This document shows positions 23,960 to 35,851 of a stretch of 64,000 bases of DNA, piece after piece. Numbering within the stretch: the first letter of the stretch is position 1; the number at the start of each line of letters is the position of its first letter. A program made the position numbers and the translations under genes. The notes under the pieces were generated by a model that was not told where the DNA came from, searched no databases, and saw only the letters and a program-made list of their open reading frames with translations. Origin of the DNA: Utricularia gibba (Eukaryota; Plantae; Magnoliophyta); assembly GCA_002189035.1 (NCBI GenBank), contig NEEC01000019.1, forward strand, positions 992,001 through 1,056,000. Direction: 5' to 3'.

Positions 23960-24388
23960 ATGATGAGGACGCTGAAGAGCGGCGTGACAAGCGCCACATG
24001 CTGCCCAATAGTCACCATCCTCGTGATAATTCTCAACGTCCATGGCGTCGTCAATAATCGCGACATCTTCGAGCGGCACCCCGTTCTCGTCTGGATCTTT
24101 CTCGCATCTTTCTTGATCTACTGGTCGATTCACATCTTCACCGATTCGCACCGCGATTGGTCGGGAGTCTTGTATTATCCTGCTCTTGGTGCGGCGGTGG
24201 TGGCCGTATTGTCGTTCCTAGGGTTCTTCCTTCCCCCTGAAGCCTCCCTTGTCCCTCTCTCGCTGTTCTTGCCAGCGTTCTTCGCTGCGGACTGGATTCT
24301 CGGAGCTACCTCGTCTCCAAGAGTAACAGTGCGAGTGGACGTGAATATCTATGCGAATGCGCCCCCCGAACCGTGTACCTGCGTTTGA
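23960..24388 (+). CDS. Small intronless multi-pass membrane protein of unknown function (about 4 TM, 142 aa)
   Basis: ATG-started ORF with four hydrophobic segments and a TATA-like tattataaag at 23901-23910. The motif DIFERHP..IFLASFLIY recalls uncharacterised eudicot FETHP-type TM proteins (recollection, not a search). Confidence 0.6.
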   Translation: MMRTLKSGVTSATCCPIVTILVIILNVHGVVNNRDIFERHPVLVWIFLASFLIYWSIHIFTDSHRDWSGVLYYPALGAAVVAVLSFLGFFLPPEASLVPLSLFLPAFFAADWILGATSSPRVTVRVDVNIYANAPPEPCTCV

Positions 24389-27064
24389 CTGCTGCCGGCG
24401 ACATTGAAATTGTGCCCACCGATTACCACCGCCTACTCTGTACAAAATTAATTTAAAAAAATATATAAAATCTTAAATGAAGAAATCGATGAATTGATAA
24501 TTTTAGGTTTTCAGTGAATTATATCATAATTTATATCTATTTGGCGGTTTTCTGATAACGATTAAATAAATACTTAATTGAATAAATCAACGACCGGGAA
24601 GTAGGGCCCAGTCAGTACGAGTCTTTACCCCGCGAAGGAAGCCACCGTACCCGTTGGTCCGGTTTTTCTTTTGGGTGGTTTCGGTCTCACTACGAAATCC
24701 CTCGGTGTTGGGCACATGGACACTCGAAAGCGAGTTCATATTTCTTAATAGCAAAATGTAGTATCTTTGAAAATCATAGGAAACACGTTTCCAAGTTGCC
24801 ACATCCTTGGTTCACGCCACCACCAACCGGATCGCTTTACCTGCATAACTCGCGCATACTGAAGGTCGCCTTTTTTCCCATGACACTACATCATGTTAAT
24901 ATGGGAACGGATCCCGATTGCGGTGATCCGTCACAACCCCATTTTCATTGGAATTCATGATTACTATATTTTAAAATACATTCGTGTTGACATCAGAGAT
25001 ATCTTGACTAAGAATCCAATTCCACTTCATGGAGCTCTATTCATATCTCGACCTATTGCGGGTGAAAATTGATATTCGAGAGGAGGTCAATTTTCAGGTT
25101 ATGGGTGCGGCCGGATGCATCGCACCTGGTTGTGGTTTTGATGCTTTATTTGGTTCGATTTGTAGAAATGAAGATAGATAGAGATTTTTTTTATATGTAA
25201 ACTGTTGGAGAACATAAAAACCACGAAACTATCGGAACTTATCGAAAAAGATAATGTTTCTTGTATTTTTAGGTGCGTTGAGCCTGACCGAATTCTGAGC
25301 TCTCCATGTGTCGGCTGCTTTCTGCGCTTGTTGTACATACTGCGGCTCTACCCTGGGATAACCGTCGACTGCTTTGCTATTACCGTAATTCGGCTACTTT
25401 TCAATCTGTCCGAAACGGTCGCTTCTGACAAACCTTGATAGTTATCGATCTGTCGATCTGCATTAGGGTGTCAGAACACTTTATGGCTATTTTTCAGTAG
25501 CCGATTAGCCTGATCCAATTTAGACCTCATCACGACCCTTTGGCTTCTTACATTACTAATTTCCCTTTACATTAACATAACTATGATTCCATGACCTTCT
25601 CTCAAAATGGGATCTCATCCTTCTGAATTTCGACATAATGATTTCTTAATTAGATTCATCTTTCCTTAATATATAAAAAAAATTTAATGTTTCATAAAGT
25701 GTATTGTATATTTTCAGAGATATTGTGTTTGTTTAAGTAATTATTTTCGAAATCAATGATAATTTTATTATTTTTTATATTGAATTGTGTTATAAAATAT
25801 GTATCTTGTATGATTGGATTCTCAACAATTATTGTTCATAAAACACGAAGGTGTGAAACAGCTTGCACATTTTCCACAATCCATGGATTTAATGTCAAGA
25901 TCAAGGGACTTTCGGCACTGAAAAATCTCCCATTTCATGTAGACAACAGATGCAAGGAGGAGACTCTATTGCAGCTGTCTACATCATCCATGGCTTGCCT
26001 CATTTCTGGAATTACCTTGTGTTCAACTTTGTGGGCATATGATGATCGGCCTTCTTTCCACCAACTGGTTTTCTAGGCTATGCCAGGACCAGGATGCCTC
26101 TCTTCAGGAGCAAGCGCCGGCCTTGATCCCCAATCTTACAGAGGGTACTCTAAACTCAGTATAATATGTGATCGGTGAGGTCCTGACTCCCGTAAGGAAG
26201 GAGCTCCTGTAGTCTGCAAGTAGTTGCACCTCTGAAACTTCCCAACATTTGGGTATTGTTTTCTAATGTGTACCCTGAGCGGCATCGCTTCAGGGAATGA
26301 GCACCACAAGGAAGCCAACATGGCCCAACTTTTCCCAAATGACAGCAGCAAGGATATGGAGAACATTTTAATCAAACATTTGTGGAGCGATAACATCTTA
26401 CCTTTCCAGGTAGTTCAGGCACTTCCAGCAGGGTAAATGAACGCTGAAAGGCTAGTGTAGTTTCTCAACTGAAGAACATGGTGAATGGTCCTTGTCTTGA
26501 TGTAACTCTGTTTTCAACTCATGCTGCTCATTTCTAGTTTCCATTTGCAACTGCGTCTTGATCCGGATCAGATATGAGATCAACACCCTTCACAGCTCAA
26601 ACCAACATAGGAGATGCTTTTTAGACCCCTGAGAAATCTGACCTTAGTTTGCTGTGGCTTGGATCTTGGATTCTATTTGCTCTTGCACAGAAGTTCGCTT
26701 GATTGAGAATCCCTTACAGGTCAGTGATTTTCTCCTGATGATGAGATCTGCCTGCTGTTCTTGACATTTTGGACGCTGTACACTTGATACTGTTCAACAC
26801 ATAGATTGTATATCTTCATAAGCAATGAGAAACAATTAGGATTCTTCAATCAGGTTTTGGGGTTGCATTTCCTACTATAGATATTATCCCATATGTATCC
26901 CATATGTATCTCTCGTTCAAACCTGGAGCATACAAAATAAGAACTAGATATTATCCCCATTCATGTGATTGAACATGAGAGGAAACACAGCAAAAAGGAG
27001 AATCCAATAACCAACTAATCTTTGGTTTTCTTCAGCAGGTAATGTTTACATGTTCGACTGAACC

Positions 27065-29073
27065 TCAGTCATCTGTGCTGCCATGCAGCTCTTCTGTCTC
27101 ATGATCGTCAGCAATGTTTGAATCATCGGTATCATAATGGTTGTTGGGGGTTCCTGCATCAGCAGTAGCCTCACCGTGCTGGCTGCTAGCTGGGCTGCCA
27201 TCCGTAGCATTCATGGTAGAGTCGGTTTCATTCCCAAAAGTTTGCTTTTCCATCATCCCTGCAAGGGCCTGCCTCGGGGACCATTCAAGAACATCGTCGA
27301 TAATGTTGGACACTCGCCTTTGGTACCTGTAATCAACGAATTCTAACAATGTGAAACATGTTTTACAAAGGAAACGTGTTCAACTCTGGTTTGAATGGAC
27401 ACAGGCTTGGGGAAATAACGCAAATGGAAGAGTTCGGATTCATGACGAGGTGAAGATGGAAAACAGGCATACCTGGCCCGTGTAGCTTCGTCAGGAGCAT
27501 GGTGTCTAAGCAGCAAAATGACTGACACTGCCACCACCGTGTAAAAAAGTCTAGCGGTCAACTTCGGCTTCTCACCTTCATCTTTCTTGGGCCAAAACTG
27601 GAACAGTTCATTTAGTGTAGCTTCTTCAGCGAGAATGTTGGGGAAAATCCAAACCCTCTTCCCAAGGATAATCCAGAAAGCTCCAAATAGAAGGGCTCGG
27701 ACTGCATCAAATTTTGAATCCTCTTAAGAAAGCAAATCTAGAGAAAAGTCATGTTTTCTCCTGAACTAAGATGGGGATTCAACAGAGAATAGCAGTCCTC
27801 ATTAAATGGATTAAATGGTGCCATGCACAATCACCAGACAATCAATTACAAGGGAGAAACAGCGTAATCTGTGAACTGAAATAACGTGTCAAATAGCAGC
27901 TATCTTCAATCTTATGCTTTCCTTATCGGAAAAAAAAGGCTTAGTGGAACCATTCAACAGGAGAATAAAAATAAAGCCCATGAAACTTACCCAAAAGAAC
28001 GCAAAATATGATAAGCAGCAGGCTGGCACAAAAGTAGAGTATTCCTAGCTTGACCTTGTGCGGGTACACGGGGAACAAGCATATAGCTAATGTCAAAACA
28101 GGCCAGAAGAATGAAAGGAGGTGCTGCCATAAAGGCCATCTGCTCACAAACGTCCACGCAAAAAATGCATCATTGTCGGAAAATAATTGCTCCTGCGAGG
28201 AAAAAAAAGCACACCGTTACTTAACAACTTACATAAGCCAAATGATTTGCTAGATCACACAAGAAATACAGTCATTTGGAGACTTCCGAGGGTATACTAA
28301 GCTATGTTTCTTTTTTGAATCAGCAGAGAGTATACAAAGTTCTGTGGTTAACTGTTGAAAAAAACATTCTTTATTTCCAAAAAGTGAAGCGTAAACTAAA
28401 ACGCCGAATAATTCATCATACGAACTTACTGAAAATATCTCCAAATTGGCAGGCCAGGTGGACAATTTCCTCTTCCCTGGGCGAACAGTTTTAACAACAC
28501 GATCACATCGAACAATTATATTCTTTTTCAGGAGAATGTTGGCAATATCCTCACTTTCCAAGTCCTTTTCTGATCCAAGTAGCTCTTTGAGTTCTGGATG
28601 ATTTCTTAAGAAACTAACGAAGTCCTTCCCTCGGAAATACTCAACTCGTGTCTCCTGTAAGACGGCCCATCGTGACTCCAGATCCTTATGACTCCTTACT
28701 TTCTCAGCAAATATCTGAAAATCGTCCTTCTTCGCAGCCTGCTTCTGAAATCCATTTTTTGGGGAAAACATAAATAAAATCGAAAAAAACAAGGAATTTT
28801 ACAAAGCAAATTCTTCATGTTCCACTCAGAATTCAGCACTTAGACCTCAAACAAAGATTCTAGATCTCTTTTCTACACGTTGAATAAGCAACAGTGAAAT
28901 AACATCCAGCAGAAGGATCACATTTTCAATGCACAACATTCAAAACCGCGCAAGGAACCACTAACCCTAGGAGGTGGATCCGTCAAAGATTCGCCATAAG
29001 AACGGCGTCCTCTCCTCTTATCAACGGAGGCTCCGGCGCCTCCGCCACCGCTACCGCCACCGACTTTCTTCAT
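27065..29073 (-). CDS. SEC62: ER translocation protein SEC62
   Basis: Exons give KQAAKKDDFQIFAEKVRSHKDLESRWAVLQETRVEYFRGKDFV, RCDRVVKTVRPGKRKLSTWPANLEIF, WPLWQHLLSFFWPVLTLAICLFPVYP, FFPNILAEEATLNELFQFWPKKD, RHHAPDEATRARY and QRRVSNIIDDVLEWSP. Confidence 0.93.
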
Positions 29074-30020
29074 TCCTCTCCCCGATTCGCACTAGAATGC
29101 TGCAGTTTCACACTAGCCACCTACTCTATTTCTTCATTAACACAACAAATTAAAACAACATACAGTAATTCAGATTTAATTAGATATTAATTTAATAATA
29201 TCATTACCTCAAAAAATACTACATACATTTTGAAAAAACCACATTATTCTTTAATTTTATCTAAAACCACTACTTAGCCCAAACTAAAAAATAAATTTGA
29301 ATATCAAAATACATAAAATTTCAATAATTATGTAATCTAATATATTTGTCCAACTATTCTTTTTTACTTGAAAAAAATATTTAAAAAATGAATTTTATAA
29401 TTTTTATTAAATTTGAAAACCTTATACATGAACATGAATCTCAAAACTATTAAAAAATATGCAAATTACCCCAATTAAATTGAAAAACTTTGAAAAATTA
29501 AATGTTTAATATATTTTTCAACATCAAATATTATTTTAATGATACAAAAGCCAAATACTTCCTGAAAAAGTGTTTGATGCATGGAATTATAATAGAAATA
29601 ATTTAATTTATATGAATTTAAATAAAACGGTGTAAAATATTAATTTGTATATAATATTTAGTTAATAATAAATGTTTGAAATTAAATAAAGGAAAAGTAA
29701 GTGACAGGTGTAACTAAACTTGACTTCATTAGATTAAAAAAAATGCATTCAATTTCAAGATTATTTAAATAATGTATTTTATTCACATATTTTCAAATGT
29801 AATAAAAAAATTAATATGTGACATTAAATATTATTCAAAATCATAACCAGTGGCAAGTGTCATAAAATCCAAAAAATATGCAAAAATATGAAAAAATTAC
29901 ATTATTCTTTAATATATAATAGTGATTATTACTTTACCAACTAACTTTTTCATAAAAATTTTATTTTTTTCATTATAAAAACACACTCATACTTCTCTTA
30001 ATTCTTCATCACTAGTGACA

Positions 30021-30748
30021 ATGACATCATGGGAGAAGAAGGTGCTCATTACATCTTTCAAAACCTTTCTATTGTCTTCATGCTAATACTATTCTTGGGA
30101 ATGTTAAAGATAGTTTTCAAGGTCGAAACTATGAAGGACGATAAGGCGAAAAGGCTATGCAAATTCGCTGTTGCTAATGTCCATGGTAAATTGGATCATT
30201 TAAATTATATTTGATTCTATTTATTAAAATTCATTTTTAGTAACAACTCCATTATAAAATAGTTTTTCAATTTCAAATATAAATAGTGTTTTGGAAAGTT
30301 TTTAAAAACTATTTCTATTCTTCAAAAATAAAAATAGTTTTATTCTAAAACAATTTTAATTGTAAAAATAATTTTAAATTTATACTACAAAAATTATTTT
30401 TAGAAAAATAAATAATTAGTTATTCTTACTTCTTGTTTATATTTTTTCTAAAATAATTTTAAAAAGTAAAAACAGTTTTTAAAAATTTTCTAGAACACTC
30501 ATATAATTTTATAAATATTAACATTTTTTTTCTTATTTTTAGGGGTACAAAAGATTTATGCAGATATAGATACTCGAAAAATAACATTAATAGGGATTAT
30601 GAGTCCGGATAAGGTGGTGGAGAAGCTAAGTACAATCAAGCACAAGGCTGAAGTTGTATCAGTGGAGTCGATAGACTACTGGCAGATGAGTGGAGGTGCA
30701 TCCACATCTAGGGATCCGGACGAAGATGAGTACGAGATACCAAAATAA
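30021..30748 (+). CDS. HMA-domain small protein, copy 1 (intact; no CxxC, no CaaX)
   Basis: Exons 30021-30041, 30110-30185 and 30543-30748 splice in frame to MTSWEKKIVFKVETMKDDKAKRLCKFAVANVHGVQKIYADIDTRKITLIGIMSPDKVVEKLSTIKHKAEVVSVESIDYWQ...EYEIPK. This is the HIPP39/RATX1-like HMA pattern. Confidence 0.75.
30285..30499. mobile_element. MITE-like insertion in intron 2 of HMA copy 1
   Basis: AT-rich 215 bp with imperfect TIRs agtgttttggaaa / tttctagaacact (11 of 13 match). This intron is much longer than the matching introns in copies 2 and 3. Confidence 0.4.
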
Positions 30749-31858
30749 TATAGAAAATGAAATTTAGAATACATAATTATTATTAATGTACTTAAGTATT
30801 CATGTTTTCTATATTTTGATATATTGAAATATAATTAAATATAACCATCGGTGATGGTTGATTTTGCTGTCGAGTTTTAAATGGCCAAAAAACCATGAAT
30901 TGCTTGTTCCGTAATTCATGATTACATTACGATGCAATCGTGATTATGTATATATATATATATATATTAAATAATCTATATTAAAGTAAAAATGAGAATG
31001 CGTTTAGAATAACAAAATAATGATGAATCACTTGTCTTCTTGTAGTTGTAATAGAATTAATGTTTAGTACTTACTACGTAAATTAAAATTTAACTTGTAT
31101 ACTTCCTGTAAACAATGATCATAATTCAATCTTAAATATATATCATTTTATTGATATATGTCATTTGAATGTTTGATAATAATAATAATAATTTAAACAT
31201 TTATTGAAAATATTAAAAAATTGTAATCAAATTGAATGAATAATATTAATATCCTTAAACTATTAATAATGTATTTGAGTTTTTTTTATTTAAGTAATAA
31301 TATATTATATTGTTAGTATTAAAGTTGCTTGATATATAGATTTTGACTACATGTATTTAAAATAATATGAAATTTGCTACATATATTTAAAATAAATATT
31401 TTGTAATTGGATTATTTAATAAAATATAAATATAAAAATTTTAAAATACCTCGTTTGAATTGCTTTATAATAATTTTATAAAATAGTAGTATATTATTAA
31501 ACTAGTATATGAAACATATATTGTTATCAATATATGTACATTAAAAAATTAAAATAATCTATTGTTGTGGTCGAAAATCACTAATATTGAGGATGACTGA
31601 TTTTAGAGTTGCAAATCCATTTTTACAGTATCCTATTTGGGGTTTTAGGGGTTCTTGTACTGATGTATAATGAAAGAAATAAAAGATGATAAAAAATTTT
31701 ACGTAAAAATCAATGGTAGACAGAAAAACCATGTAGCTGGGGGAATTCACTGTAAAAATAAATTTCAATAACTGAGGAGAAAAAAGATTACAAGTAGTGT
31801 GTTTAGAGTCCAATCCATTTCTTTCAAATTCTTATATTTATAGGATATATCAATTACT

Positions 31859-32107
31859 TTATGTGGCTAGTGCCGTACGTGTGATCAGATGTCTGTCGAT
31901 TGCTATAATATACTGTAATTCGACTATTTTTAGATTCTGCCAAAATCGCCACCACGGCTCAATTCTGACCATTGTCAATCTGCCCGTCTGTTGTAATCTG
32001 TCAGAATCGTTTGATACCTCTTCCCAGCCGATTTCGTCAACATGTGGCACGTACGGATTTAGTGCCTCATCACCTACCAAGCATTCATAAATATACGCAA
32101 AAATCAT
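31859..32107 (-). pseudogene. Possible transposon-derived coding fragment (weak resemblance to the Plant Mobile Domain N-terminus)
   Basis: 82-aa ORF in a GC-elevated patch inside AT-rich DNA. IAIDRHLIT resembles the PMD xIDxxLITAL motif. Resemblance only. Confidence 0.25.
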
Positions 32108-32245
32108 TAAAAAGTTACAGTTTTAAGTGGTTACCAAATAATTTATTTTGTTTTCATGTGCTTATTCTTTTTGTAATTACTTTTCTTTTTATATTCTCAC
32201 AATAAAACCATACCATCCTCACATGCGCTATTCATCACATGCAAC

Positions 32246-32835
32246 ATGGTGTAGGTGAGTAAGTTAATTACCCAGAAAATCAGTTATTTTTAATATTAAT
32301 TTCGCAATTAATTGTAAAAATATATATATTCGAATAGGATCTAATATTCAAGGTCGAAACTATGAAGGATGAGAAGACGAAAAAGCTATGCATGTCCACA
32401 CTAACTAAACTTCCTGGTAAAGTTCATCTTATAGGAATATTTAAATTCTATTTTATATAGGATCATTAATACTTATAATAAATTTTTATAAAATTGATCA
32501 TTCTTACTTTCTATTACACATAGTAAGCTAAAAATTTATCGATCAAGATATTCGAAATTTTCACTCTCACATACACTTGAGAAGATGTTCATTTTTTTTT
32601 CTAAATTTTGATGTTATTTTTCTTCTTTTTAGGGGTGCGAAAGGCTTTTGCAAATACAGATACTCGAAACATAACACTAATCGGACTGATGGATCCAGAT
32701 GTAGTAGTGGGAAAGCTTAAAATAATGAAGCACAAGGCTGAGATTGTATTGGTCAAAACCCTAGACTACTTTGAGATGGATGAGGGTGAATCTTCATCCG
32801 TAGATCCAAAGGGAGACAAGGAAAATTCAAAATAA
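32246..32835 (+). pseudogene. HMA-domain small protein, copy 2 (exon 1 damaged)
   Basis: Exons 32338-32416 and 32633-32835 are open (DLIFKVETMKDEKTKKLCMSTLTKLPGVRKAFANTDTRNITLIGLMDPDVVVGKLKIMKHKAEIV...). Exon 1 reads ATG GTG TAG and its donor aligned to copy 3 is TT instead of GT. Confidence 0.6.
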
Positions 32836-34524
32836 TATTGAAAATAAAATTTAATACCCATAATTATTATTCATGTGCTTAAGTAATTATGTTTTTCTAT
32901 ATTTTCATATGAGAAAATTGAAAAAACAATACCTCAAATTTTAATCAGTATAAAGAATCTAATATCTAAGTTTCAAAATTACAAAAAAAGTATCTCAAAT
33001 TATCAAAACTATTGAATAAAAACCCAAATAATTTTTAAAATTTTTAAAAAATGAACCAGACATGAAAGATTAACTATGCAACGAATAATCAGAAATAATA
33101 AGTTAAAAATGAAAAGTTAAATATATAAAAAAAGATCAAAATAATTATCAAAATCATTCAACAAAAATCTAAACATGAGAGATTAAATATATAATTTAAT
33201 AAGTTGGGAGCAAACTTTTTACAAAAAATATAGATTAAAGGGTTTATGATGTAATTTTGAAACTCGAAAGTAAGATTTTTTATATTGACTACAACTTGAG
33301 GTACCATCAACAAACTTCACTATATATTGATATATATTTAAATATAAACATATGTGATGGTTGATTTGCTATGTTAATGACCAAAATACTATGAATCATG
33401 TTGTTGTCGAGATTCAATCATGATTTTTTGAATATTGATATTTTAATATTGTTTAGGGTTTAGAGAAAATTAATATATTAAAACTAGAAATTGTTCAGAA
33501 AAAAAATAATGATAAATCACTTGTTTTTGGGATTTATTTGACCAAATATTTCCATATAAAATATATAATTTTCATAAAAAAATTTATAATAATAACAACA
33601 ATAATAATAATGAGACATCAAATGATTGCAAAAATAAAATGGAAAGTAAAAAGATAGAGAAAGAAATGAAGGATAATGAAAAACTATTAATTTCTCATTT
33701 TGATAATAAAAAATGAGAATTAAAACATGTGGCAATAAAAATATTTTTGATATCTGTTACCATCCAAATGAATAAAAATAAGACGTGAAACAATTGAAAC
33801 ATATATGTTGTTATAAAATGAAGCATTTAGTAGTTACATTAGTTGTTTTGATTATAATTTTAATATTTTTAGTATATGTTTTCGAAATTCAATCCATCTT
33901 ATATTTTCTAATATTTACATAAGTGTTAATGGTGATGTTATACAATAAATTAAACCTAATTTACATACATAAAATTGATAAGTCACAGCATATAGTAAGA
34001 GAACGATGGTCTACATTCTCTAGGTTCAACCTAGATGTAATATACAGTATATAATAATAATAATAATATTTTAAGAAAAATAAAAGAAATAAAAAAAATA
34101 TTAGTTTTAAAAGTATTCAAACAAAACACTAGTAAAATAAAATTATCACCTTCATCAAACTCCCCCATTAACAACATTCATTTACGTAATTTAATGTTAA
34201 ATATATATTTTTTATTAATTCAAATCATTTTCTTTTTAACATTTTATGATAATAATAATAATGATGATAATGACCATGATTTCATTATGTATTAAAAATT
34301 AAAAAATTATAGTCAAATTACACCCATAATATTCAAATATTACATAATAGAAATTTTTAGTGGGTACCAGAAAACCCAAAATATGCAAAAATCACTATAA
34401 AAAGTGACACATTTTTAAGTGGGCACCAAATAATTTACTTTTTCATATGCTCATAACTACTTTTCTTTTGCATTATCACTATAAGATCACACCATCCTCA
34501 CTTGTGTTATTCATCACATGCAAC

Positions 34525-35040
34525 ATGTTGTCGGTGAAGAAGGTACTTGTCTTTTCATGATCATTTACAAAAGTGATCACTTATACACATTCTCTCACAT
34601 TCTAAATTAAAAAATTTACATTATGGGTGTCCAATTTTCTCATACACTTTCCGACACATACCTAAATTTCTATTCACACTGAAATGATCTAGAAAACCAA
34701 TTACTATTATTTTTAATTTTAATATATTATTGTTAATGCAGGAGGGTGTTTACAAGATTGAAACCATTATAGATGACAAGACTAGGATACTTTGCTTCTT
34801 GGCCATTACTAATGTCGATGGTAAAATTACTTTCCTGTATATTATAATGTCGTATTATTATTTTTTAATTTGTTTTTTAAATTTTTTTTCTAGGAATGGA
34901 ACTTGGAAGCTATTTCGGCTGATATGAATCGGCGGCTGATAACCGTCATGGGAGACATGTGTACGGATAAAGTGGCGGCGGAGCTGAGGGCAGCCAAGCA
35001 GAAGGTGGAAATTGTATCAAGCAAGTCCATCCAACATTAA
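34525..35040 (+). pseudogene. HMA-domain small protein, copy 3 (frameshifted)
   Basis: Exons 34525-34542, 34742-34820 and 34894-35040. A 7-nt duplication-type insertion (34902-34908) gives TGA at 34920-34922. Removing it restores GMEAISADMNRRLITVMGDMCTDKVAAELRAAKQKVEIVSS. Confidence 0.65.
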
Positions 35041-35851
35041 AGGAGTTGGATATATCAAAATATTATATAAAATATAATTATTTATTATAAATGAACTAAT
35101 TATAATTATGGATGGTGATGTTTTATATTTCATTTAATTGAATTATTTGATAATACAAATAAATATGAAAAAATAAGTTCATGTTTATTAAGTAGTAATT
35201 TTTAGAATTAATTTTAATAAAATACAAACGGGATCTTTGAATCTTTAAAAAAAATAAGAAGCGTTTTTAACTTGATATATTTTTTAAATAGAAGTCACAT
35301 TTGATAACAAAAATATTTATATAATATTTTTTGGAAATAGAAATTATTCTAAATCAAGCTTATGATAGAACATTAAATCCATTGATATAATAATATTAAT
35401 TATAATTATTTATAAAAAAATAAATATAATTGTAATTTCAATTTTAAAAAACTAATTCTCATAGATAACATATCATCTAATACTTCTTATAAAATTAAAG
35501 TGATTTTAAAAAAAATTAATTCTCATAAAATATAATTATTTTGGGGATTTGCTTTAATTTGTACAAATATTACTACTATTATTTGTCTGAAGCGGACATG
35601 GGCATACCTATGAGGGCTGATTCTTAGGAATAAATGGGGACGGGTGGGTACGTGATAAGGACGTCTTGGAGGTTCAACTGAATCGGGGGCTCACCTGCAC
35701 CGTCCACTGTGAATACATTCTCAGTCCCTAAAGTTCATCGGAATTCGAAAGCGACTGATTGAAGAGAGAACAGAGGGAGACTTTCCGCATTTGCGACGAG
35801 TTACGGCTGCACGCGGCTCGATACGGAGAATCTTCCGCCGTTGCTGCCGCC

